From: a virus
Taxonomy: Duplodnaviria; Caudoviricetes
IMG/VR virus record: IMGVR_UViG_3300015608_005401
Location: 1-64,000 of that record
Strand: one strand, 5' to 3'
Length of the DNA: 64,000 nucleotides
Position numbers and translations under genes: made by a program. Positions within the stretch are counted from its first letter, which is position 1. Each line of letters begins with the position of its first letter. The notes below the pieces were generated by a model. That model was not told where the DNA came from and made no database searches. It saw only the letters and a list, made by a program, of their open reading frames with translations. Positions 39,653-48,729 of this stretch are shown here, piece after piece.

Positions 39653-40345
39653 TTAGTTTGTATAAACCCATTTATACCCACCACATTGTTTATAAACACC
39701 ACTACAAGCTCTTGATATACCTGATCTGTCTATATTTAATTCTCTAGCTGCTTCCATAATAGATTTCCATTCTTTAATAAAAGAACCGTCCATTGATAGT
39801 TGTTTTATTTTAATACTTTGGTCTATTTTGATTTTCTTTTCTTTCTCAGGTTTGTTGTATTTAAGACCTCTATGACCGTCAGCTAATTTTCTTATATGTT
39901 CATCTGTTAGTTTTCTACCTTTTAATTTATTTTTAATTTTTTCTTTGGTTTCATCTGAGTGATTTTTATCTTGAAAAGGATGACCATATTCACTTAGGTA
40001 TTTACTAACAGACTCGCTTATTTTTTTCTTAGTCTCATTAGACATATTTCCAATTTTTCTACCATATTTAGAATTACCACCAATTGTTAAATTATAACCA
40101 ATTTCTAAATTATTAGAATTATAAAATTTTATCCAGTATATTTCTCTTTCCTCTAAAAACTCATTATCAACTTCCTCCAATATCTCTCTGTTGAAACTAT
40201 CTAATCCATATTTATTTATAGCATCTTTTAATAATTTACCACTACCATAGTATTTATTTCTAAGGAATTTATCCTTGGTGAATATTCTTTTACCAATATA
40301 AATTTTGTTGTTTATTAAATTAGTTGTTTTATATATCACTCCCAT
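39653..40345 (-). CDS. GIY-YIG homing endonuclease with NUMOD3/NUMOD1 domains (start re-called at MGVIYK)
   Basis: GVIYKTTNLINNKIYIGK, EREIYWI, GYNLTIGG, HSDETKEKI, WKSIMEAARELNI. Confidence 0.88.
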   Translation of the reverse strand: MGVIYKTTNLINNKIYIGKRIFTKDKFLRNKYYGSGKLLKDAINKYGLDSFNREILEEVDNEFLEEREIYWIKFYNSNNLEIGYNLTIGGNSKYGRKIGNMSNETKKKISESVSKYLSEYGHPFQDKNHSDETKEKIKNKLKGRKLTDEHIRKLADGHRGLKYNKPEKEKKIKIDQSIKIKQLSMDGSFIKEWKSIMEAARELNIDRSGISRACSGVYKQCGGYKWVYTN

Positions 40346-40347
40346 AA

Positions 40348-40509
40348 TTAGATAATTATTTTTTCTAAGTCTACTCCATTCTTCAATAAATCTTGTTCTA
40401 TCAACCATTCAATATATGCGGACTTATTATCAAACATTTCTTCCATATAATTATCTAACTTTTTATCTATTGAAATGGAGACAGATACTTTTTCTTTTAT
40501 AGCTTTCAT
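40348..40509 (-). CDS. Ribbon-helix-helix protein (53 aa, not in the ORF track)
   Basis: MKAIKEKVSVSISIDKKLDNYMEEMFDNKSAYIEWLIEQDLLKNGVDLEKIII*. Confidence 0.65.
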   Translation of the reverse strand: MKAIKEKVSVSISIDKKLDNYMEEMFDNKSAYIEWLIEQDLLKNGVDLEKIII

Positions 40510-40616
40510 AACTTTTATTATTTTTTCTTATAATATATATTAAGTTCCAAAAGTCAAAAAGTAGTATTTTTAGATTATTTTTGGATTATTTAATAAAAAA
40601 TTAGTATATTTGTAAA

Positions 40617-40799
40617 ATGAATAAGAAATCAGAGGAGAAAAAGAAAAGAAAAATATCATTTTCTATGAATAAGAAATTATTATCAAAATTAGATGAACAT
40701 CTTGAAAATGAAGACTTGGGTAAAAGATCTAAGTATATTGAGAAACTCATAAGAGAAGACATGGAAAAAAGAGGTAAAGACACAACTAAAGATTTTTAA
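40617..40799 (+). CDS. Ribbon-helix-helix (CopG/MetJ-like) protein
   Basis: RKISFSMNKKLLSKLDE..GKRSKYIEKLIREDM. Confidence 0.75.
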   Translation: MNKKSEEKKKRKISFSMNKKLLSKLDEHLENEDLGKRSKYIEKLIREDMEKRGKDTTKDF

Positions 40800-40800
40800 T

Positions 40801-40935
40801 ATGAGTTGTGTTAGTAAAAACACTACTTACCTTGTAATGAAGGCAATTGGTTCTGGCTCTTCTAAAGAAAAGAAAGCAATTGAGTTAGGTGTTGAAGTTA
40901 TTACAGTTGAACAATTAGAAAATTTACTAAAATGA
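40801..40935 (+). pseudogene. Second, diverged copy of the ligase BRCT C-terminus
   Basis: MSCVSKNTTYLVMKAIGSGSSKEKKAIELGVEVITVEQLENLLK* versus ligA SSVSKNTTHLVCADKGSSSSKMKKAIDLGIQILDVKDLENLLSL*. Confidence 0.85.
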
Positions 40936-41195
40936 AAATAACAATATTTCAATTAAAATCAAATCCTGAGATAGGGTTTTCAATACATGAGGACTTTGAA
41001 AACAAGTATAACCCGAAAACTAAGAAATTAGAAAGGGCAAAAGATAAAACCTATCAACTATGGATGGATCCATATGAAGGCGGTGAAGCATATGAAACTG
41101 ATTGGGACTATGTTGATGGTTTCAAATCATTTGATGATGCGATGAATTATATTTTAGAAAACCATGGTGAGGTGGAAAAATTAGCCGTTTATTAA
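40932..41195 (+). CDS. Hypothetical protein
   Basis: ATGA overlap with the ligase-tail remnant. Confidence 0.7.
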   Translation: MKITIFQLKSNPEIGFSIHEDFENKYNPKTKKLERAKDKTYQLWMDPYEGGEAYETDWDYVDGFKSFDDAMNYILENHGEVEKLAVY

Positions 41196-41196
41196 T

Positions 41197-41535
41197 ATGT
41201 CATTAATTTATAATTTAGGTAGAGCCGAAATTGACCAATATGGTGTCTCTGAGCTTGTTAAAGACTTAGAAAGATGTGTTAATACATTAGAAGGCTTGAA
41301 TAAAATTTTAGACAAAAAGGAGAAAGGTAAATTTCCAGAGGCTGAAACATACAAAAGAATAGAAGATGGTATATTAGACTCTATTCATAAAGCAAATAAT
41401 CATCAACTTACATATATGTTGAATGGTGGCTATAAGTTTAGATTTTATACCGAGTTCAATGATAATAATGAGTTATTAAGAGCTGAAATACAAAAAAGAT
41501 TAAGAAATAACAAAATAGAAGAAATACTAAAATGA
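41197..41535 (+). CDS. Hypothetical protein, C-terminal motif family
   Basis: Ends RLRNNKIEEILK. Confidence 0.7.
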   Translation: MSLIYNLGRAEIDQYGVSELVKDLERCVNTLEGLNKILDKKEKGKFPEAETYKRIEDGILDSIHKANNHQLTYMLNGGYKFRFYTEFNDNNELLRAEIQKRLRNNKIEEILK

Positions 41536-41881
41536 CAGAATTTAACTACACTCCAAATTTGGGTAGCTTGATACCTGGTCCTCAGGGTCCAAGAATTATC
41601 AGAACAAAGGAAGAGATACAAACCAAATCTGAAGAAGAAAGAACTCTTTACTATCTAGGTGGTGAGCCTGATGAAAATAACAGTAGATTAACTATTGGGA
41701 AAAATATATTGTTAGAACTGCTGCATACTCTGAGACTGCTGATGTTGCAAGAGTTAGTGTATGGGTATGCTCTGATGATGAAAATAAAGGTAAATTGTGT
41801 AGGATAAACTTAGATAATTTCTGTACCTTTGCAGAACTGCGTAATAAAAAAATCGACCAAATAATAAAATCAGACCTATAA
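41532..41881 (+). CDS. Hypothetical protein with an apparent 1-nt deletion near 41687
   Basis: DENNSR joins INYWEKYIVRT...LRNKKIDQIIKSDL* in the adjacent frame. Confidence 0.55.
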
Positions 41882-41885
41882 AAAT

Positions 41886-42665
41886 ATGAAAAAAAACAAA
41901 CCCGAAGTACTAGAACAAAATGAAAAAAACTTTGAAACAGAGCCAACTTTTGCTGATATATATAATATAAATTATTCTGATGCGCAAGCATCATTAACGG
42001 CAAAAAATGGCAATACTATTGAGGATGAATTAATGACTCCTCAAACAAAAAATGAACGGCAAATTATGGAATCGAAGGCGATTTTATTCAGCGAACAAGA
42101 AAAAATCTTTAGAGAAAGAACGGGTAAGGATTTCTCTACACTCTACACAAAGTACTACCCAAAATTAGTTTATTTTACATCTAAAATTACTAATGACCCT
42201 CAAAAAGCCGAGGATATCTCAACAGACTCATTTATGGCGGCTTTTGAAAAAATTGAGAAATATGAAAAAGAAAAATCTCAATTCTCTACCTGGCTATTTA
42301 CTATAGCAAAAAACTTAGCACTTCAAGACCTTAAAAGCGAAAAGAAAACAATGTCATTAGATATTGAGTTTGACGATGAAGGTACAACAATGAAGGATTT
42401 TATTCAAGAAGACGAGAACGACAATCACATTCATGAAATTCACGCAAAGAAAGCTGAAATTATGAAAAGACACATTTCAATGTTGAAAAGTCCATATCGT
42501 GATGTTATTGAAATGAGAGAGCTTAAAAAGATGTCATATAAAGATATATCTGATAAACTTAATCTCAACTTATCAACAGTGAAATCTCAAATTAGAAATG
42601 GCAGAGCTATCTTAGTTCGCGAGACTAAGAAAGAGTTTGATGCTATCGATGAAATGCTAGGTTAA
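41886..42665 (+). CDS. ECF-like sigma-70 factor
   Basis: Region 2 AEDISTDSFM..FSTWLFTIAKN; region 4 MSYKDISDKLNLNLSTVKSQIRNGR. Confidence 0.9.
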   Translation: MKKNKPEVLEQNEKNFETEPTFADIYNINYSDAQASLTAKNGNTIEDELMTPQTKNERQIMESKAILFSEQEKIFRERTGKDFSTLYTKYYPKLVYFTSKITNDPQKAEDISTDSFMAAFEKIEKYEKEKSQFSTWLFTIAKNLALQDLKSEKKTMSLDIEFDDEGTTMKDFIQEDENDNHIHEIHAKKAEIMKRHISMLKSPYRDVIEMRELKKMSYKDISDKLNLNLSTVKSQIRNGRAILVRETKKEFDAIDEMLG

Positions 42666-42666
42666 T

Positions 42667-43971
42667 ATGAACATAGAATCTTTAGGAAGACAGGCTATAG
42701 ATAGAATCAAATCTGAGTGGGGATTGCCATTACACGGCTTTGTAGCCGGTGGTTCCATTGCAAACATTGTTTGGGAAATGGTATCTGGTAACAAAGCTAT
42801 TGTCAATGATATTGACATCTTTGTTTTTGATGGTATTGAAGAAGAGTTAGATAATGATTCTCATTCTCTTTTTAAGTACCAAGAAAAAGAAACAAAGTAC
42901 TACGAAGATTATAATGGTATGAATTTTAATAATTATACCAAAGACTTCTACTCTATAGTTGAATCCGAAAGAGACGAAATGTTCAATACTATTAAGTATA
43001 AATCAAATACGTCTGATCCATCTTTAATTATTAAATCATTTGATATCAACGCTACTCGTATTGGTTATGATATTGACAATGATAAATTATACTGGACTTC
43101 TGAATTTGAAGACTTCTTAAAAACTGGTGAGTTAAAAGTTTCAAATTTAATGACTCCTTCACACACAGCACTTCGTATAGCTAAGAAATCAAAAGAATTA
43201 AATGCCAAACTTGATGAATTTGAATTCAAATTACTTCAATATGCTCTCTCATATAGATTTATTGATAGAATTAAATTGAGATTTAGAGAACGATATTTAG
43301 AAATGTGTAAGGAGTATAAACATATCCTTTCTAATTATTTTCAAATGTCGAGAGATTTAGAGGCAGAAGATTTTGTTTTCACAAAAACTGGTGAGAAAGT
43401 AGAACTTTACTATTTAGTTGCTAGAGATATAACAACTGAAGTAAAAGAGTTGGATGACTTTGAGAAAATTGTTTATAGCAATCTCCCTAAGATATTTGAA
43501 GATGATAATCTTAGTAGAATATTTAAATCAACTGATTTCTTATTTTATATGAGAAATATTTATGGTAAAGACCAAACTCTTAAAGACATGTGGTCTAAGC
43601 TATATTACTTTTTTAATGATGTTCATTATGTTGATAGAGAGATAAGTAAAGAAGATATGGATTTATTGGAAAGATTTGGCAAGTATGCACCTGGTTCAAT
43701 TGAAAATCTAAAAGGGTTGAAGATATCTGAACAAATTGAGATCATCAAAAAGTTCTTAGAAACATTCAAAGAAGATCCACTTATTGCTATTTCTATATTA
43801 GAAAGTGTTAAAGTAGATAAAAATATAGTTTTAGATGAACAAACCATGTTATTATTAGAACTTTCTGTTAGAAAAAAAATAATTAATGATACTCGTGGTA
43901 AAGTCAATAAAATACTTAATATTGAACAAGTAGTAGATAAGAATAATAATAGTGATATTTGGATGTTTTAA
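42667..43971 (+). CDS. Nucleotidyltransferase with a CCA/poly(A)-polymerase-like head
   Basis: FVAGGSIAN...NDIDIF and SFDINAT. Confidence 0.65.
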   Translation: MNIESLGRQAIDRIKSEWGLPLHGFVAGGSIANIVWEMVSGNKAIVNDIDIFVFDGIEEELDNDSHSLFKYQEKETKYYEDYNGMNFNNYTKDFYSIVESERDEMFNTIKYKSNTSDPSLIIKSFDINATRIGYDIDNDKLYWTSEFEDFLKTGELKVSNLMTPSHTALRIAKKSKELNAKLDEFEFKLLQYALSYRFIDRIKLRFRERYLEMCKEYKHILSNYFQMSRDLEAEDFVFTKTGEKVELYYLVARDITTEVKELDDFEKIVYSNLPKIFEDDNLSRIFKSTDFLFYMRNIYGKDQTLKDMWSKLYYFFNDVHYVDREISKEDMDLLERFGKYAPGSIENLKGLKISEQIEIIKKFLETFKEDPLIAISILESVKVDKNIVLDEQTMLLLELSVRKKIINDTRGKVNKILNIEQVVDKNNNSDIWMF

Positions 43972-44016
43972 ACTTTCCTAATATATCCAATATAAAATAA
44001 AAAATAATAGAAAATT

Positions 44017-44340
44017 ATGGTAGCATATATTACTGAATTAAACGAGACCAACTATGATGACTTTGTAAGTGAAGGAGTTGTTCTTGTTGATGTTTGGGCG
44101 GCTTGGTGTGGTCCTTGTAAAGCAATTTCACCAATTATTGATCAAATCTCAGAAGAATATAAAGACAAGATTAAAGTAGGTAAATGTGACGCTGATGCTA
44201 ATAGAGATAAAGTAATGTCATTAGGTGTTAGAAATATACCAACATTATTTCTTTATAAAGACGGTCAAATCATTGATCAAATGAGCGGTGGAGGTAGTAA
44301 GAGTAAATTTACTGATTTTATCGATAAGCATTTATCATAA
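44017..44340 (+). CDS. trxA: Thioredoxin
   Basis: WAAWCGPCK; GVRNIPTL. Confidence 0.95.
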   Translation: MVAYITELNETNYDDFVSEGVVLVDVWAAWCGPCKAISPIIDQISEEYKDKIKVGKCDADANRDKVMSLGVRNIPTLFLYKDGQIIDQMSGGGSKSKFTDFIDKHLS

Positions 44341-44461
44341 TGATTGATATTAAAGAATTGTTTGACTTAGTTAGGCAATCCGATATTACACTTATTGGTT
44401 ACACTTTCAGAAATGAAAGAATTAAAGACAAGTTTATTTCCAATTTTAATTTATTTGCAGA

Positions 44462-44896
44462 ATGAAAATTACAACAAATAGAAAAGCTTATTATGAATAC
44501 TTTGTGTTGGAAGACTTCGACGCAGGTATGGTTCTATTGGGCAATGAAGTTAAATCAATTCGTGAGGGTAATGTAACCATCACTGATTGTTTTGCTTATA
44601 TAGCAAGTGGTGAAATATTCTTAAAGAATATGAAGGTAGCCAGATATAAACAAACTCATATGGCAGAAAAACATGATGAAAATCGTGATAAGAAACTATT
44701 GCTAAATAGAAAAGAAATAGACAGAATTGAAAAGTTGCTTCAAGATAAAGGAACAACTATGGTTCCTCTTGAGATATTCACAGCACACAATAGAATTAAA
44801 GTTAAAATTGGAGTAGTAAAGGGTAAAAAACTTTACGACAAAAGAGAAACTATTAAAAAAAGAGATATGGATCGTGAGATCCGTCGTAGTATGTAA
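44462..44896 (+). CDS. smpB: SsrA-binding protein
   Basis: NRKAYYEY, AGMVLLGNEVKSIR, RDKKLLLNRKEI, GKKLYDKRETIK. Confidence 0.95.
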   Translation: MKITTNRKAYYEYFVLEDFDAGMVLLGNEVKSIREGNVTITDCFAYIASGEIFLKNMKVARYKQTHMAEKHDENRDKKLLLNRKEIDRIEKLLQDKGTTMVPLEIFTAHNRIKVKIGVVKGKKLYDKRETIKKRDMDREIRRSM

Positions 44897-44897
44897 C

Positions 44898-45266
44898 ATG
44901 GCTCGTAAGACAAAGAACGATGAAAAGGTTTTAGAAGACCTTAGAAACTCAAATACAGAAGAGGATATACTTAAAAACCTCGTAAAAATAGTAAAGGGTT
45001 TTGACCAAGAAAAATATAAAGAGATTATATATTCTAATCCTTTTTATAAATCACTTATTCCTGATATTCAAAAAGAAGTTATTAACGATCTTGAAACGAT
45101 TGCTAAATCAATTCACGAAGAAATACTAACAATTGAGTCAGATTTAAAGAAAATTGGAAGTAAGGATTCTGAAAAACAGTTAAAGTCTTTAAAGAAAGAT
45201 TGTTTATCATTGATTTATGAGATAGATGCTCGTAAAAAAGAGGTAAGTATGTTATCTCAATATTGA
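44898..45266 (+). CDS. Coiled-coil hypothetical protein (start re-called at MARKTK)
   Basis: ATG two bases after the smpB stop. Confidence 0.6.
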   Translation: MARKTKNDEKVLEDLRNSNTEEDILKNLVKIVKGFDQEKYKEIIYSNPFYKSLIPDIQKEVINDLETIAKSIHEEILTIESDLKKIGSKDSEKQLKSLKKDCLSLIYEIDARKKEVSMLSQY

Positions 45267-45840
45267 TTGAACATATCTTTCAATCTGTTTAGTTTTTTTA
45301 ATATCTTCTAAAATATCATTATTTCTTCTTTCGGAGTAATCGTTTATCCAATACTGAACATCACTTGTATAATGAAAATCATTTAAGACACTTCTAGTGT
45401 ATCCGCTAAATTGAAATTCTTTTTCACCAACTAAACTTCTGATAGATTTCAATTTAGTAACTATCATTTTTAAATCTTCAATAGTTTGAACATTTTGTGA
45501 AAGTAGATAATCTTTAATCTTTTTACCAATTTCTATAAATAGATTGAATAGTTCTATAACCAATTCCAATCCACTATTATTTATATATCTAAGACATTCT
45601 GTATATGTCTTTCTATAGTCTTCGGAGTAATCATTTAATGATTTAAATGAACTGACTATTCTTGATAAGTAATGCTCTTTATCTTCTTTCAATTCTGTTC
45701 TTATCATATCATAAAGATAACCAGATATGTTTTCTAAATAGTCAAAACTTGGTCTGCTTTTGTATATAGATATAAATCCAAATTCATTACATATAGACTT
45801 TAGTATTAACTTTTGAAGATTTTTTAGTTCTTCAATGTCT
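45252..45840 (-). pseudogene. 3' part of a hypothetical gene, 5' end lost at the junction near 45840
   Basis: Plausible helical sequence from DIEELKNL; upstream codons are antisense to an unrelated fragment. Confidence 0.45.
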
Positions 45841-46090
45841 GTCGTGATTCCCATTTTACCTACTACTGCAAACAATATGGATAATACACTATCCCGTATA
45901 GTATATACCAGTTGTAATGTTTCTTCTATACCAAGCTCAACATTACAAACACCACTACCTGTAGAATATTCTACTCCGGGATTATATAATATTTATTTAG
46001 CCATTGATGAAGGCTTACCAACAATGAAAGTTGATTGTAAGTTAGTACGTGTCTTACCAAAACCTTACATTGAAATTAATAATGATACCC
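45841..46090 (+). pseudogene. Internal fragment of a PKD/Ig-like secreted protein
   Basis: VEYSTPGLYNIYLAIDEGLPT..CKLVRVLPKP; no start context, both ends abut truncated genes. Confidence 0.45.
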
Positions 46091-47125
46091 TAAAGCAGTT
46101 AAATACCTTTCAATATTCATTCTTCTAATTGTATCATCAGATAAAAATTTACTAGCTCCTTCTTTTGACTCTTTTCTTTCTTTATTTATTGATGAAACTG
46201 TTTTTAATTTAAATAGGTCTTCCAATATTAAAACAACAGCAAAGTCAGCTCTTTTCAAATCCTCATAACTATTAATGGACCAATCATAATTAAACCAGTT
46301 ACCAACTTGAAATCTTGAATTTGTTGGTAAATTATAATCTAATGGGTTTTCCTCACCTTCTTCTTTAATTGTTTTTTGATATCCTTCTACAGTAAGAGGT
46401 TCTTCTGATGGTGTGTAAATATATAGTTTATGATGATCATCTCCGGGAGAATGTACGCTATTCAATGACCAAGAATCTGAAAATCTACGAGGTCCAAAAG
46501 ATTCATCATTTCTCCAGTCTGTCCAGTTTTCACCATCTATGTCATTATCAGATGATCCACCTGAGGCAACATTTTGTATGGCATATGCATAATCACCATC
46601 TCTCCATATTTTAGCTAAGCCTAATCTTGATAAATCTTCCCCATCATCAGAGAAAACACCTATAACAAATGAACCATGTTTCAAATCTGTATCATAGTTT
46701 TTAACAGGTGTTAAATTTCCAGTTTTTATTCCTAGATTATTCTTGATATAATCAACTTCTTCATCACTATATTTCTCGCCATAACTTCCTCTTCTTTTAC
46801 GTTCCTCAAACTTATACACTTGGTTACCGGTTGATGTAAATCCAATGTAACCTTCATTTAATGAAAACCAAAATTTAAGACAATAAATTCCTCTTGGATT
46901 TTCAGAATCTTTATCACTTCTTAATTTTAAGGCTTGATTTCTATTTAAGTATTTAATGTCCTTATCACTGATTTTGCTGATAGGAATATCTAGTTGTTCT
47001 TGTAATTTCAATAATCTGCTACGAAATCTATTAACAGAATCTTTATCTACTTTATTACTAAGATACTTAATCGCTTTAGATAGTGCTGTTGATTCAAATG
47101 CTTCGTATAACTTTAAATACTTCAT
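46076..47125 (-). CDS. MKYLKLYEAFES-type protein, 3'-truncated near 46090
   Basis: N-terminal motif; TTAATATATA at 47130-47139. Confidence 0.7.
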   Translation of the reverse strand: MKYLKLYEAFESTALSKAIKYLSNKVDKDSVNRFRSRLLKLQEQLDIPISKISDKDIKYLNRNQALKLRSDKDSENPRGIYCLKFWFSLNEGYIGFTSTGNQVYKFEERKRRGSYGEKYSDEEVDYIKNNLGIKTGNLTPVKNYDTDLKHGSFVIGVFSDDGEDLSRLGLAKIWRDGDYAYAIQNVASGGSSDNDIDGENWTDWRNDESFGPRRFSDSWSLNSVHSPGDDHHKLYIYTPSEEPLTVEGYQKTIKEEGEENPLDYNLPTNSRFQVGNWFNYDWSINSYEDLKRADFAVVLILEDLFKLKTVSSINKERKESKEGASKFLSDDTIRRMNIERYLTALGYHY

Positions 47126-47145
47126 AAACTATATATTAAAAATTA

Positions 47146-47177
47146 TTTGGCAAATTAAAACTTTGTTACTATCTTTG
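47146..47177 (+). promoter_or_regulatory. Bacteroidota housekeeping-type promoter
   Basis: TTTG (47146-47149), 20 nt, TATCTTTG (47170-47177). Confidence 0.7.
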
Positions 47178-47183
47178 TATAAG

Positions 47184-47570
47184 AATTAACCAAGTCATTG
47201 AGACAACAGTCCTAAAAGGATAAGTCGAAAGACCTCACAAAATATGATAAGAAAAAAGTGTGAGTCTCAATGAAATTATGGTAGTAAGTAACTGTCAAAT
47301 AATTTAACACCCTTGTTAAAAAACAGTGAACTACCTTGTATAATATATTAATAATGATATAGTAAGGGTGTAGATATCAAAATTGTGTTGGTGATAGATA
47401 TCTCAAATAACTAATGATTAAATCCAACTCAAAGAAGATATTACCCGAGCAGAATGGTAACACTGCTCAACCAAGGCGATGAGCCATTAAAAGGTAATCC
47501 TAAGTGATGAGGTCACTAAAAGTCAAGTTCCAGAGGTTCTCGGATTCCAACCATACTTGACAGGCGTTCC
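47184..47570 (+). ncRNA. Large multi-domain structured ncRNA candidate (about 390 nt)
   Basis: No ORF; at least 10 helices, GAAA tetraloop and two loop-receptor complementarities (see findings). Confidence 0.7.
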
Positions 47571-47611
47571 AAAGTCTTCTTTTTATTTAGAAATTATTAA
47601 AAACAAAGTAT

Positions 47612-48016
47612 ATGACACTGAAAGAAAAAATTAATGCAGACTTTATAACAGCTCTTAAATCAAAGAACGCTGTTGCTAAAAGCATACTTTCCGTTGTGAA
47701 AGGTGAAATTCAAACCGTTGAAAAGAATGTAGGTTCTGATAATCTTTCAGACGTTGAAGTAACTAAGATTTTAACAAAAACTGTTAAGTCTCTTAAAGAA
47801 ACTATTTCAATGGCTAATGACGAAAAGTCTAAACTTGAATTGGCTATTGTTGAAGTATATCTTCCAAAGCAAATGTCTAAAGAAGAAGTTACTGCTAAAG
47901 TAACTGAACTTGTAAATTCTGGTATCACACAAATTGGTGCTATAATGAAAGAGTTTGCAACACTTCCAGCTGATAAAAAAATGGTTTCAGAAACTATTAA
48001 AGAAGTTGTCAAATAA
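47612..48016 (+). CDS. GatB/YqeY domain protein
   Basis: LKEKINADFITALKSK..LSVVKGEI..ELAIVEVYLPKQMS.EE..IGAIMK. Confidence 0.9.
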   Translation: MTLKEKINADFITALKSKNAVAKSILSVVKGEIQTVEKNVGSDNLSDVEVTKILTKTVKSLKETISMANDEKSKLELAIVEVYLPKQMSKEEVTAKVTELVNSGITQIGAIMKEFATLPADKKMVSETIKEVVK

Positions 48017-48052
48017 TTTGGCAACTTCTAATTTTCTCCTTATCTTTGTTTT

Positions 48053-48304
48053 ATGGAAGAGAAAAAAATTAGAAACATTTTATTTGCAATCTGTATAGTA
48101 TTTTCAGCTTTTGCATTTTATAATTTATATTCAAGTAAAAATTATAAACTAACTGTTTGTAACGGCTCTGGATTAAATTATATGGAAACATTTATCTACT
48201 GTGATTCATTTGAAATGATATCTACTAAGGAAGTTAAATTCTGGGTTGATGGTAAAGAACAAACAGTATTAGCAACAGACTGTATAAGAGTAGAAACAAA
48301 CTAA
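48053..48304 (+). CDS. Small membrane-anchored protein
   Basis: N-terminal TM helix. Confidence 0.6.
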   Translation: MEEKKIRNILFAICIVFSAFAFYNLYSSKNYKLTVCNGSGLNYMETFIYCDSFEMISTKEVKFWVDGKEQTVLATDCIRVETN

Positions 48305-48414
48305 AAATAAAAAAATAAAAAAAAATTAGGTAGATTTAAAACTTCTTTCTATATTTGTATAAAATAATACAGAAAATAACAAAAGGAACAAAAACTTTTT
48401 AATATATAATAACA

Positions 48415-48513
48415 ATGAGAACAAATCGCACACATAAACATTTTAGTAAATCGAATAAGTGGTTTAGAAACCAGTTCGGTACTGAAAGTGTATTGCTCTC
48501 AAATAAGATGTAA
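48415..48513 (+). CDS. Putative leader peptide (His/Phe/Trp) of a tRNA operon
   Basis: MRTNRTHKHFSKSNKWFRNQFGTESVLLSNKM*; TATATTTG at 48350 and TTAATATATA at 48399; terminator follows. Confidence 0.65.
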   Translation: MRTNRTHKHFSKSNKWFRNQFGTESVLLSNKM

Positions 48514-48542
48514 CAAATCTATATTTATACAAGACAATATTC

Positions 48543-48580
48543 AAAGTCCGAACTTAAAAAAAGTTCGGACTTTTTTGTTT
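48543..48580 (+). terminator. Intrinsic terminator (putative attenuator) before tRNA-His
   Basis: AAAGTCCGAACTT-aaaaa-AAGTTCGGACTTT-tttgttt. Confidence 0.85.
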
Positions 48581-48585
48581 TATAT

Positions 48586-48671
48586 GGTGTCGTTAGTGTC
48601 AGCGGTGAGTCTTCGGACGAGCATATGGCTCTGTGAAAGCCAAGGGACGGGTTCAAATCCCGTACGACACC
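48586..48671 (+). tRNA. tRNA-His(GUG) with an extra UUCG hairpin in the D-loop
   Basis: G-1 8-bp acceptor GGTGTCGT/ACGACACC; TGGCT-CTGTGAA-AGCCA; GGGTTCAAATCCC. Confidence 0.85.
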
Positions 48672-48729
48672 CCTTGATTTTTTTTGACTTTTGATTTTAA
48701 TATATAAAGAAATCAAAAGTCAAAAAAAA

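Noticed and set aside
36126-40935. Group I intron or intein in ligA
   Set aside because: The upstream ORF is complete with its own BRCT and stop; no splice-site or intein motifs; the insert has genes on both strands.
44340-44465. 41-aa ORF MIDIKELFDLVRQSDITLIGY... between trxA and smpB as another deletion junction
   Set aside because: It is cleanly coupled at both ends (TAATG and ATGA), so I cannot distinguish a real small gene from a truncation without homologues.
47184-47570. Identification as tmRNA, RNase P RNA or group I intron
   Set aside because: No tRNA-Ala-like ends or tag ORF, no GAGGAAAGUCC/P4 signature, no convincing P7 R/S elements, and it does not interrupt a gene.
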